From Macrostomum lignano (Eukaryota), in NCBI GenBank assembly GCA_002269645.1, contig NIVC01002971.1:62001-126000 (forward strand): a DNA stretch of 64,000 bases. Direction: 5' to 3'. The position numbers and the translations under genes were made by a program. The notes below the pieces were generated by a model. The model searched no databases, was not told where the DNA came from, and was given only the letters and a program-made list of their open reading frames with translations. Positions 52,520-64,000 of this stretch are shown one piece after another (position 1 is the first letter of the stretch; the number at the start of each line of letters is the position of its first letter).

Positions 52520-54800
52520 GTACATGGCAATGTACAGTGTTTTGGAAAAGCTTTATTTATAGCCTTCTCTGTAGCCCGTTTAGAGGCTACGCTTAGCCAT
52601 GACAGTTAAGTGAGAAATTCTAACCACTGTCCTCTGTATGGGCAAGCTCTGCAGCAGTTTAACAAAGAATTGCAATTTGCAAATCAAGGCAGCATGGTTT
52701 GTAAAAGCGAAATATTTATAAAAAAGCGATGCAATGGGGGGTTAACTGGAAGAGAGAACTCCAGGCAACGGCCAAAGCCACGAGCGGCGCTAGCCGCGAG
52801 TGGAAATTTGGCCGTTGCCTGGAGTTCTCTCTTCCAGTTAACTTCATTGCAGGAAATATCTATGGCACGAATCGAAGTGGCCCAGAAGGAGGAGGCACAA
52901 ACGTCTATGGCACGAAAGCCAAAAGGCGTGGAGAGTTCATGGCAATGACAATCCTATTGATTGAATGGAGGGTTGAAATGTCTATGGCAAAACTTTCAGT
53001 GGGGGTGAAGGGGTTTGTGTGAGGGATTCCCCGGCAGTAAGTAGTCTGTCCAAACCTGTTGATTCAAGAGTTTTCTGTCCATCATGAGCGACCCGATAAT
53101 ACATTATATTAATTGGGGTAACCTCCCGTGTGAGGACCTCGGCAACATCACGCAGGATGAACTGAACTTCCTCTCGGAATCCTCTGCCGTTGATCGGCAC
53201 GACGAAGATTTCGATGCGTTCCTGAAGTATGTCCAAAATGGTCCAGCTGATACTGGGCTGCCAATGATCGATGGAGATGAAAAGATAGACGTTTCCGAGA
53301 TGGACAGAATCGAGATCGAGAGTCTGCCTGAGGATACTCGGAAGCAGATGTACCAGCATGGCCAACGTTTTCGAGACTTCCTGGAAGGGGAGAATCTGCG
53401 CAACATTCAGCATGTCAAAAATCCTACATTGAACCAATATCTTCGGTACTTCTACTTCAAGCTGAAGAAACAGGATGGCTCGTTCTACTCGCCGGCCTCT
53501 CTCATCTGTATCCGGGCTGGAATTCAGCGTTTCCTACGCATGGTTCTGAAGCTGCCTGTCGATATAATCGGTGGTGAGGAATTCAATTCCTGCAACGAGA
53601 TGCTGCGTGTCAAGGTTCGTGATTTCCATCGAGATGGTGGCTGCACCAGGCAGTATGAACCAATTGAAGAAGGCGACATGCAGAAGTTGCGGTGCTACTT
53701 TGAAGGGACTACGGCTGAAATCGAGCAGGCTAAATTTCTGTTCTATGTTCTTTACTCCTTTGGAGAGCGTGGCCAGGAGCATCTGAAGTTCCTGAGACAA
53801 AGGGACTCGCTTGAATTGCACACGGATTCTGACGGCAAAGAGTACTACTGTCTTCCTGCTCTGCCAACGAAGAATAAGTCAGCCGATCCTGTGAAGGCGA
53901 AGGCCAGGCCGGACAACAAACAAGCTCGGATCTACGACACGGCCAAAGTGAGGAGATATCTACAACTGCTACCTCCAACAACCAAGGACAACCATCTGTT
54001 CCCGCGTCCACTATCCAACACGGATTCCAATGGACAGCCTATGTTCTCAACAAAGCAGAATCGCGGGGAGAACTACTTCCTGCGTTTCATGCGAAACTTG
54101 AGCGAGAAGGCCGGTTTGTCCAAGATGTACACGAATCATTGCATTCGGTAAGCCTTTTTCTTCATATTGCTTTAAACCAGTTGCATATTTTCTATGCAAT
54201 ACTTTATTTCTGTTGTAGAGTGAGCAGGATTGCTGATCTAGAGGCTGCTGGGTACAACCTGGCTGACATCATGTCGATAACCGGTCAGGTTTCTGAGAGG
54301 ACAACTCGCCGTTACCTGTCCAAGCGCCGTGATCGCTCGCTGCAGTCTACCAGTGAGGCTGTTTCTATGGCACTTGATTTGAATGGTTCTTCACAAGCTG
54401 TTGCGACTCCATTGCGTGAGAGTTCACCGGTGCCAGTACCTGTGTCGTCTTCCGTGCAGATCACCGGCATCAGTCATGACAATCCGTCGGTCAGGTACAG
54501 TTTCCACAACTGTTCATTCAATGGCTGCAAATTTGAGTAATGGACTCAACCGTCGTATTTTCTGGACTTTCTCCTGCTGTCGTGATGAGAACATGACCAT
54601 AGGTTAGACTTGCACTCAATTGACTAAGCAGTGTTATTGTTGGAACATTTTTTGTTGGACAAAAAAAAATATAAGAATTTCACGCTTCGTGTTACTTTTT
54701 TCGCCTATGGTATTGTTGTCCAGTCTTGTTTTTTTACCTCCAGAAAATGGCCGGTCATTGTCCGGAGGTCATTGCCATGAACAAATATTTCGGGCAATGC
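52520..54800 (+). mobile_element. Candidate autonomous Crypton-like element (ends not firmly defined)
   Basis: YR gene flanked by TCTATGGCA iterons upstream and a 15-bp inverted repeat (52935-52949 / 54768-54782). Confidence 0.55.
53084..54540 (+). CDS. Crypton-like tyrosine recombinase (DUF3504/CryptonA-KCTD1 type), 2 exons, 461 aa
   Basis: Exon 1 53084-54147, intron 54148-54218 (GTAAGC...TTGTAG, 71 bp), exon 2 54219-54540. Spliced sequence: LNQYLRYFYFKLKKQDGSFYSPASLICIRAGIQRFL ... FGERGQEH (R) ... TKNK (K) ... YTNHCIR|VSRIADL (HxxR) ... ITGQVSERTTRRY (Y) ... FHNCSFN. Confidence 0.9.
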
Positions 54801-55119
54801 AATACAACCCTACTAAATTAGTCACACCATGGAAATGGAAATTTTAACATTAAGTTTCACTCAAAGGTACTTTAAAATTTACATGGCCTTTTACGAAATG
54901 CGCATTTCCTTGGTTGTTAGACCGATGCAGACTGCAGTGGAGCTGGAGATACACAAATTTCTCCTTGGGCTGCAAATTGGCCAGAAAGATGACGTGATCA
55001 AAGCATGAGATTGAGAACAACCATGGAGTACTAAGTTTCACAAGCTGGCTTTCGTATCAGGGATGGGCAGAATTTTACCTCAAAGGCCAGATAAAGAATC
55101 CAACTCATGGCTGCGGGCC

Positions 55120-56640
55120 AGATGAGACTGGAAAGGAGACGAAAAAGACGATTCGAAAAGAGGAGAGGAGAGAGACGGGATATAAGAAAAGATAAAAGAC
55201 AGAGGGGAGAAGGGAGAGAGTGGTGATAAGAGAGTGGAGATACTCAGATGAGCGAGCAGAGAGGAGAGAAGAGATAAGACAGGAGAGAGGAGAAAGGATA
55301 AATGAGAGAGTAAATGGAAGAGGAGGAGAGAGAAGAGATAAGACAGGAGAGAGGAGAAAGGATAAATGAGAGAGTAAATGGAAGAGGAGGAGAGAGAAGA
55401 GATAATATTGTAGAGATGAGAGAGATGAAGGGAGAGATGAGAGAGTAGAGATGAGAGATGAAGGAAGGGAGAGGAGAGAGAAGAGAGGAGAAGGGGGAGA
55501 GTATAGAACAGGGAAGAGAAGAGAGAAGAGGAGAAAGGAAAGAGAAGAGTCAGAAGAGGGGAAAGAGAAGAGTACACATGAGAGAGGGGAGAAGAGAGAT
55601 GAGAGGAGAGAGAAGAGAGGAGGCATGAGAGAGGAGAGAGTAGAGAGAAGAGATAAGAGAGGAAAGATTAGAGAGCAGAGGGGTGAGAGGAGAGAGCAGA
55701 GACAAGAGAGGAAAGATGAGAGAGCACAGAGAGATAGAGAAGAGAGGAGAGACGAGAGACAAAGGGAGAGAGAAGTGGAGTGAGGACAGAGGAGAGGAGA
55801 GAAGAGAGAAGATGGGAGAGAGAATCGTGAGGACAAGGGAGAGGTGGAGGGAGAGAGAGGAAAGAGAAGAGGGGAGAGAGTAGAGGGGAGAAAAGAGAGA
55901 TGAGAGGACAGAGAGATAACATGATAGATGAGAGAGTAAGGAAGAGAAAGTAGAGAGAATAGAGAATAGAGAAGAGATGAGACAGGAAAGAGTAGAAAGG
56001 AGAGAGGCTCAAAACAAGAGTGGAGAGAGTAGAGAGATGGTAGGAGAGAAGAAAGAGGAGAGAGGAGAGAAGAGGGAAGTGTTGAGAGAAGAGAGAGTCA
56101 GGTGTGAGAAGAGGGGAGAGAGAAAAGAGAGGAGATAAGAGAGCAGAGATAAAAGAGGAGAAAGGAGAAATGAGAGAGCAGAGACGAGAGAGATGAGAGA
56201 GAAGAGGGGAGAGATGAAAGGAGAGAGGAGAGAGGAGAGAGGAGAGGAGAGAAGAGAGGAGAGAGAGAGAGAGAAGGGAGAAGAGAGGAGAGAAGAGGGG
56301 AGAGATGAGAGGAGAGAAGAGAGGAGAGAGAGAGAGAGAAGGGAGAAGAGAGGAGAGAAGAGGGGAGAGATGAGAGGAGAGAGAAGAGAGGAGAGAGGAG
56401 AGGAGAGAAGAGAGGAGAGAGAGAGAGAAGGGAGAAGAGAGGAGAGAAGAGGGGAGAGATGAGAGGAGAGAGAAGAGAGGAGGGGGAAAAGACGAGGGAA
56501 GAGGGGAGAGAGGAGAGAGAAAATATGAGAAAAGAGATAAGATGAGATGAGAGAGCAGAGACGAGAGGGAAGAGAGGAGAGAGAAGACATGAGAGACGAG
56601 AGGAGGGAGAAGAGAGGAAACAGAAGAAAAGATAGAAGTT
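55120..56640. repeat. Degenerate GA-rich polypurine low-complexity tract
   Basis: Directly visible. Confidence 0.95.
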
Positions 56641-57394
56641 TCAAAGGATCCAAGGGATATAGAGAGAGGCAGAGGCAGATGCCAGTTGCCAATGCACGTT
56701 TTAAACAGACATTGCCTGACATACTGCCAACAAGATCAATGCTTGTCTCAAAATTTAATTTTACACGAATTTACTCCATTTTATGTTTTCCTCTATCTTA
56801 ACTATTAACAGGTTTTTGTTTGAGTATGGCCTCAGATTTCAGAATACATGCAAAAATAGTTCCAGGGATTGGAATTCCGCCGGGTTCAAAATCCGCGTGT
56901 TTCAACAGCTTGTCTTACAACTAATAAAAGTGCACACGCATCCTATCACTGACCCAGTAATGCTCGACTATATTTTAGCGAATGTAGACTTTATAGTGTT
57001 GAATTGACTCTACCTGCGTTGACAGATGAGAAAGTTCGAGATCACGAAGCGCCATGGAAGGTAGAGTCTAATTTATTACCTGTAATTTGCAAAGGCTCAG
57101 AAACCTTAAGGTCAACCTATTTATTTTATCCACCAAAATAGACTGAATTCCAAGCAATGGTTGAAATCAGGGAAATACCAGAGAGCCTGCAGTTACTTAA
57201 TTATAACTGTTGCAAGTTGAGAGGCCACGTGCTACACACCTCGCAAAAGATTTGCAAGATTTTGTTTTCAAAGCTGCTATTTATGGCTCAAAACCATGTC
57301 TGATGTCTAATTAAGGACTGAAGATTGACACTTTATATCATAACTTGCCCTCAGCGCTCCCATTTCTCTTGCCATTCCTCCCATCCGCCCCTCT

Positions 57395-59455
57395 GCGTCC
57401 CAGCTATCAGCCCTCATTCCTCCCAGCTATCTGCCCCATTCCTCCTAGCTATCTGCCCCATTCCTCCAGCTATCAGCCCTCATTCCTCCCAGCTATCTGC
57501 CCCATTCCTCCTAGCTATCTGCCCCATTCCTCCCAGCTATCAGCCCTCATTCCTCCTAGCTATCTGCCCCATTCCTCCTAGCTATCTGCCCCATTCCTCC
57601 TAGCTATCCGCCCCCATTCCTCTCAGCTATCCGCCCCATTCCTCCCAGCTATCTACCCCATTCCTCCTAGCTATCCGCCCCCATTCCTCCCAGCTATCTG
57701 CCCCATTCCTCCTAGCTATCCGCCCCCATTCCTCCCAGCTATCTGCCCCATTCCTCCTAGCTATCCGCCCCCATTCCTCCCAGCTATCTGCCCCATTCCT
57801 CCTAGCTATCCGCCCCCATTCCTCTCAGCTATCCGCCCCATTCCTCTCAGCTATCCGCCCCATTCCTCTCAGCTATCCGCCCCCATTCCTCTCAGCTATC
57901 CGCCCCCATTCCTCTCAGCTATCCGCCCCCATTCCTCTCAGCTATCCGCCCCATTCCTCCCAACTATCTGCCCCATTCCTCCCAGCTATCCACCCCCATT
58001 CCTCCCAGCTATCTGCCCCATTCCTCCCAGCTATCTGCCCCATTCCTCCCAGCTATCTACCCCATTCCTCCTAGCTATCCGCCCCCATTCCTCCCAGCTA
58101 TCTGCCCCATTCCTCCTAGCTATCCGCCCCCATTCCTCCCAGCTATCTGCCCCATTCCTCCTAGCTATCCGCCCCCATTCCTCCCAGCTATCTGCCCCAT
58201 TCCTCCCAGCTATCTGCCCCATTCCTCCCAGCTATCTGCCCCATTCCTCCTAGCTATCTGCCCCATTCCTCCTAGCTATCTGCCCCATTCCTCCCAGCTA
58301 TCCGCCCCATTCCTCCCAGCTATCCGCCCCCATTCCTCCCAGCTATCTGCCCCATTCCTCTCAGCTATCCGCCCCCATTCCTCTCAGCTATCCGCCCCCA
58401 TTCCTCCCAGCTATCTGCCCCATTCCTCCTAGCTATCCGCCCCCATTCCTCTCAGCTATCCGCCCCATTCCTCCCAGCTATCTGCCCCATTCCTCCCAGC
58501 TATCCACCCCCATTCCTCCCAGCTATCTGCCCCATTCCTCCCAGCTATCTGCCCCATTCCTCCCAGCTATCTGCCCCATTCCTCCTAGCTATCTGCCCCA
58601 TTCCTCCTAGCTATCTGCCCCATTCCTCCCAGCTATCTGCCCCCTTCCTCCTAGCTATCTGCCACATTCCTCTCAGCTATCCGCCCCCATTCCTCCCAGC
58701 TATCCGCCCCCATTCCTCCTAGCTATCCGCCCCCATTCCTCCCAGCTATCTGCCCCCTTCCTCTCAGCTATCCGCCCATTCCTCTCAGCTATCCGCCCCA
58801 TTCCTCTCAGCTATCCGCCCCCATTCCTCTCAGCTATCCGCCCCCATTCCTCCCAGCTATCTGCCCCATTCCTCCTAGCTATCCGCCCCCATTCCTCTCA
58901 GCTATCCGCCCCATTCCTCCCAACTATCTGCCCCATTCCTCCCAGCTATCCACCCCCATTCCTCCCAGCTATCTGCCCCATTCCTCCCAGCTATCTGCCC
59001 CATTCCTCCTAGCTATCTGCCCCATTCCTCCCAGCTATCCGCCCCCATTCCTCCCAGCTATCTGCCCCATTCCTCCCAGCTATCTGCCCCATTTCTCCCA
59101 GCTATCCGCCCCCATTCCTCTCAGCTATCCGCCCCCATTTTTCTCAGCTATCCGCCCCCATTCCTCCCAGCTATCCACCCCCATTCCTCTCAGCTATCCG
59201 CCCCCATTCCTCTCAGCTATCTGCCCCATTCCTCCCAGCTATCTGCCCCATTCCTCCCAGCTATCTGCCCCATTCCTCCCAGCTATCTGCCCCATTTCTC
59301 CCAGCTATCCGCCCCCATTCCTCCCAGCTATCCACCCCCATTCCTCTCAGCTATCCGCCCCATTCCTCTCAGCTATCCGCCCCCATTCCTCTCAGCTATC
59401 CGCCCCCATTCCTCTCAGCTATCCGCCCCCATTCCTTCCAGCTATCCGCCCCATG
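57395..59455. repeat. ~2-kb minisatellite, 22-23 bp unit CAGCTATC(T/C)GCCCC(C)ATTCCTCC
   Basis: Directly visible. Confidence 0.97.
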
Positions 59456-60085
59456 CGCCCCAGCTTATTGTGTATACTTTAAGTAGAATAGAATTGAATA
59501 TCGGATTATTATATGAATATAATATTCCGACTCTATGACGTCAATACATGACTCGAAGCAAAGGTCACGGACAAAAAAATGAGGCAAGAGGAACAGAGGG
59601 TATTTGCACAGTACAAGATTCGCAAACAAGTGTGTTAGTAGAAGTTCATGAAGCAAAGAAGCCCCAACACACATCTGCTTCCGTAGCCGTGTGAGCAGTG
59701 AGAACAGTTTTAAAAACGTAGCTTTAGATGAAGCCGCATCTCACAGGTGAATTTCATGCATCCAGCGGGCAATGTTGCCTCCCCACCTCTCACTCGCCTG
59801 TCCTACAGAAATTCGCTATCTTTCAAAGCAAGAGGCGGCTGAGATTGTAGCGAAGGAAACCTCGGGTCGACTGCTCCGTTGCTCAATCTGCAAGTTGCGT
59901 GCGCGACAGACGGAAGCTTCTGGCAGCATGAAGATGGGCAGTTGCTGAAGACGTCACAGACAGCTAGCATTAGCTTTAACTAGATGCAACTGCTGTTCAT
60001 GTGTGCAATATGATGTTTTATTTATCATATTTTGCAAGACTTTATGACAACGCTCTATTTCATTTAAATTAAAAAATTAAAAAAC

Positions 60086-60402
<317 letters not shown>

Positions 60403-61388
60403 TAGGGCACGGTCACAATTCAGACATGCTCTGCGCATTTTTTGCAACAAAATCATTAAATTTGGAAGCGCAAAAGTGAACTGGAGATGCGACAAAATAT
60501 AAATAAGATAATTTTTCTTATCGAGATTATACGGTAGTCGGTTTCGCGGCATGCTACTCAAGCTACTTGGCAAAGTAGTCTAAATGGAATCGCTTATGAA
60601 ATATTTTTGAAAACATACTATTTATTTCACCATATTTAATCATGCCTTTAGTTTCAACTTAAAAAAATTGTTTTAATTCGTATGATTTCAATGGTCCTTG
60701 ACTTTCAGATTGAACGTCCTGTTTTATCTGACATGAGCTAATCATCAGTCTTCCCTGAGCACAGCGCTGAGTAGAGTTTCGCCATAGACAAAACTTTGGT
60801 CGGGAAAAAACTGCGACCGCGACTTCTGACTGTTCTGCCAGCTCAACGACGTCATCAGCCTCCTAATGCAACGCTATTCCCATTTTTTTGCTCTAAAATA
60901 TGTGAAAGACACAGTGCCGTGTCCAGGATTATCCATTGGGGGATCCATTCCATATCCATATCCATCCAAGGACCTTATTTGGGGTTGCAACAAAGTTCGC
61001 CTCTGCGAACGCCACTGAAAAGAAAAAACCCCCTCTCGTACACCCGTTGCTATACGGTTTGCGAAGCGGCCTGGGTTGTATTGCATTTTCTTTGTACATG
61101 TGCCTTAAGTTAGTGTAGTAGCGCTGAATGTGTTTGTACATTTAAAAAAGAGAACTTCAGTTTTTACGCTAGGGAGTGTACTGTGCCAAGTGTACACTTT
61201 ACTGTCCGACCGCATATACTACATGTACTTCTCTATTCCCGCTCTGCTCTCCCTTCCCCCCTCCCCCAGTTCGTGTGTACACTGCACAGTGCATAAAACC
61301 CGGCCCTTCATGGAATTGCCGCGGGTTTTCCTTCGTTTAATAAAACCGTAGCAAGAATTAAGCTTTAATATTATTAAAAACTGCTGAT

Positions 61389-62135
61389 ATGGCTTCGCCT
61401 CTGTCAGGCCATGAGATCCAAATGGACTATTCTCAATGGGAGAATCGGCTGCAGTCCATCGCAGCTCACTGGTACCCGCAGTACATTCAGCCATGTCAGC
61501 TGGCTGACAGCGGCTTCTATGCTCTTCCCAACAGCCAGGGCGAAGCCACTTGCTTCAGTTGCGGCTGCAGTATCAGCGACTGGTCCCGCCACACCAACGC
61601 CTGGCTGCCACACGCCCTGCGGTCTCCTCAGTGCCAGCATCTCCGCCTGCAGCTGGACCAACGGCCTGACATCCTGCTGGAGTTCATCGTGCGCCCGATG
61701 CTGCAGCAGCCCCGACAGGACCAGCTCATCTGGTCCCTGCTCACCGGTCTAAGCACCGAAACAGCTCAGACTCTGGCGGCGAACCCTCGGGCTGCCGAGC
61801 TGCTGCAGCTCCGTCAACAGCCCACAGAGGCTCAGCGGTTGCGAAGCCTCGGAGATGAGCAGCTGCCGCAGCAGGCCAGAGACCTAGCGGCGAAGTGCGC
61901 CGTCTTCAACCGGCCAGCCCAGTTTCCCGGCTTCGAAACCGCGGACGAAGTCAAGATGCCCGCCGGTCTGGAATGTCGGATCTGCTTCGCCCAGCCGCTG
62001 CAGGTTCTCCTGCTGCCGTGCGGGCATCTCTGCTGCTGCCGGAGCTGCTTCGGCCGGATCAGCATGGAACAGCGGGCCAGGTGTCCGATCTGCAGAGCTC
62101 ACCTGGATGCTCACCTGAGTGTCCGAATCACCTAG
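61389..62135 (+). CDS. Intronless inhibitor-of-apoptosis (IAP/BIRC-family) protein, one BIR + C-terminal RING, 248 aa
   Basis: BIR: NRLQSI...QLADSGFY...CFSC-x16-H-x6-C. IAP-type RING: CRIC-x11-CGH-x3-CRSC-x11-CPIC. ATG to TAG, no intron. Confidence 0.95.
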   Translation: MASPLSGHEIQMDYSQWENRLQSIAAHWYPQYIQPCQLADSGFYALPNSQGEATCFSCGCSISDWSRHTNAWLPHALRSPQCQHLRLQLDQRPDILLEFIVRPMLQQPRQDQLIWSLLTGLSTETAQTLAANPRAAELLQLRQQPTEAQRLRSLGDEQLPQQARDLAAKCAVFNRPAQFPGFETADEVKMPAGLECRICFAQPLQVLLLPCGHLCCCRSCFGRISMEQRARCPICRAHLDAHLSVRIT

Positions 62136-63107
62136 GAATTATATCTCTGTACACAAAACATTTTTGTGTTTTTTGCAAAGCATAAATATAAAGGTGCAGA
62201 TTTGTAAATACCGATTCAATTTTTACATAATGTTGTTGTTTTTAAAATTTTATTGAAAAAAAATGAAATGCAGACTATATTATATAAAATAATATTTGTA
62301 AAAGTTGAGTTGATAGGTCAATCTGAATTGCAGGCTGCAGGAAAGCAAGCTTCAAAACTTCTAGTACCTTGTAGACAGACGAAGCAATTCAAGCAGTGAA
62401 AGAAAGACAGGCAGCCCTGCAATGGCATAGAGAGAGAAAAACCTCAATTCGCATACATTGGGCTACGTTAGATCAACGTATATTGCAGCTAAACTATACC
62501 ACGCAAAAATAACAAAAAATAGAAGTCCCGAGACTTACCGCGTGACTCAGTTGGTAGGCAGAACCGGTTTAAACCGGTTTCGCTGTCTGAGTTTTCAGTT
62601 TGCCATGCAGACAAGAGCAGCTACAAGGTAGCACCGATTTAGAAAGTGCGTGAGCTCTCTGGGCATTTCAGCTGCCCTGCACCACTTCTGTCTTCTGGCC
62701 TGGCTCACAATTCCGCGGCAGGTTTTATGAATAGTTGTCTTAGCTGGCTTAGCCATGGAACTGCTCGGGAAAGCCTCCGGTTGCACGCTTCAACCCGTAC
62801 TAACCAAGGCTGATTTTCCGCGGCAATTCCATGGCAATTCCGGCACATAGCTCGTACAATTAATTACCTGGTATTACTGAAAAATATATAAACCTTCTTT
62901 CCAAAAGGGAACCCCGTGGAATTGCCTCGGGAATAACGTGACTCGTGCAAATGCATACGTTGGATGCAACTTTCTGCGCGAAAATACAATTTGCAGTTCA
63001 TTTCGAGCACTCCAGACCCCACGCTCCACATCAGATGATTTGCTAACCATCAAGCAAGAGCTTACCTTACAGCTTACCTGCTCACTTGCTCACAGATACT
63101 AAGGAAG

Positions 63108-63464
<357 letters not shown>

Positions 63465-63469
63465 CTCAC

Positions 63470-63771
63470 CAGTAGGCACGCAGGGCGAGCCGCCGGAACC
63501 CAGCGGCCGGGGAAGCCACCGCAGCCGGCCAGTCCCGGACTGTCCAGCCACCAGCCGCTGCTGCCGTTGCCGGAGCCCCGGCTGCAGTTCAGCGTCACCG
63601 CGGCGGACTCGCTGCCGCAGCCGGAGAACCGGAGTCCGGGCCGGCAGCCGAGCCGGTAGTGCCGGCCAGGCAGGGAGAATTCTGGGAACTCGGCCAGCTG
63701 CGGATTGTCGGACAGGTCCAGCCCTGCCGACAGCAGCCAGCTGGCCTGGGAGCCCCGGCAGGCGGAGGCCT
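63470..63771 (-). CDS. Probable internal coding exon, Cys/Gly/Trp-rich, sushi/CCP-like
   Basis: Acceptor CGCAG|, donor |GTGAG, 302 nt open: ASACRGSQ...[18 protein letters not shown]...VTLNC...GWW...[13 protein letters not shown]; GC-rich codon usage like the other exons. Domain call is by eye only. Confidence 0.55.
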
Positions 63772-63814
63772 CTGCGATTTGGGGAGCGAATTTGCTTTTG
63801 ATTGTGTTCCCACA

Positions 63815-63935
63815 CTATCAATCCACACTATCAATCCCACCCTACAATCCCACCCTATCAATCCACCCTATCAATCCACCCTATCAATCCCACCTATCAA
63901 TCCACACTAGCAATACCATCCTATAATCCCCCTAC
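63815..63935. repeat. Short tandem repeat, ~13-14 bp unit CCACCCTATCAAT
   Basis: Directly visible. Confidence 0.85.
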
Positions 63936-64000
63936 CTTACTAGGTTACTAGCATTCTGGTGCTAAAGCCATTTGGTGCTAAAGCCCCTTGGAGCCAAAGC

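Overview
Repeat-dense eukaryotic (animal) genomic DNA. The GC-rich exons, short GT-AG introns and huge GACA arrays suggest a flatworm such as Macrostomum; this is inference, not shown by the sequence. Host genes: a complete 3-exon UBE2K (200 aa), a partial multi-exon minus-strand gene with an ER single-alpha-helix tract, an intronless atypical class-A GPCR, an intronless BIR+RING IAP, and one sushi-like exon. Mobile DNA: a decayed piggyBac, a decayed Ty3/gypsy element, a near-intact Mag-like Ty3/gypsy element (LTRs 266/267 identical, 5-bp TSD, one 1-bp frameshift), two tRNA-derived CORE-type SINEs, and a Crypton-like tyrosine-recombinase (YR) system. That system comprises an intact-looking two-exon YR gene (53084-54540) and an 824-bp internally deleted relative inserted into a gypsy pol gene, with a 6-bp flanking direct repeat, a long terminal hairpin and shared TCTATGGC iterons. 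An ~8.55-kb near-identical tandem duplication (14851-23400 / 23401-~31950) starts at the centre of that hairpin. A ~2-kb minisatellite (49515-51475) is an amplification of the Pol III A-box end of the adjacent SINE. Most remaining ORF-track entries are translations of simple repeats.
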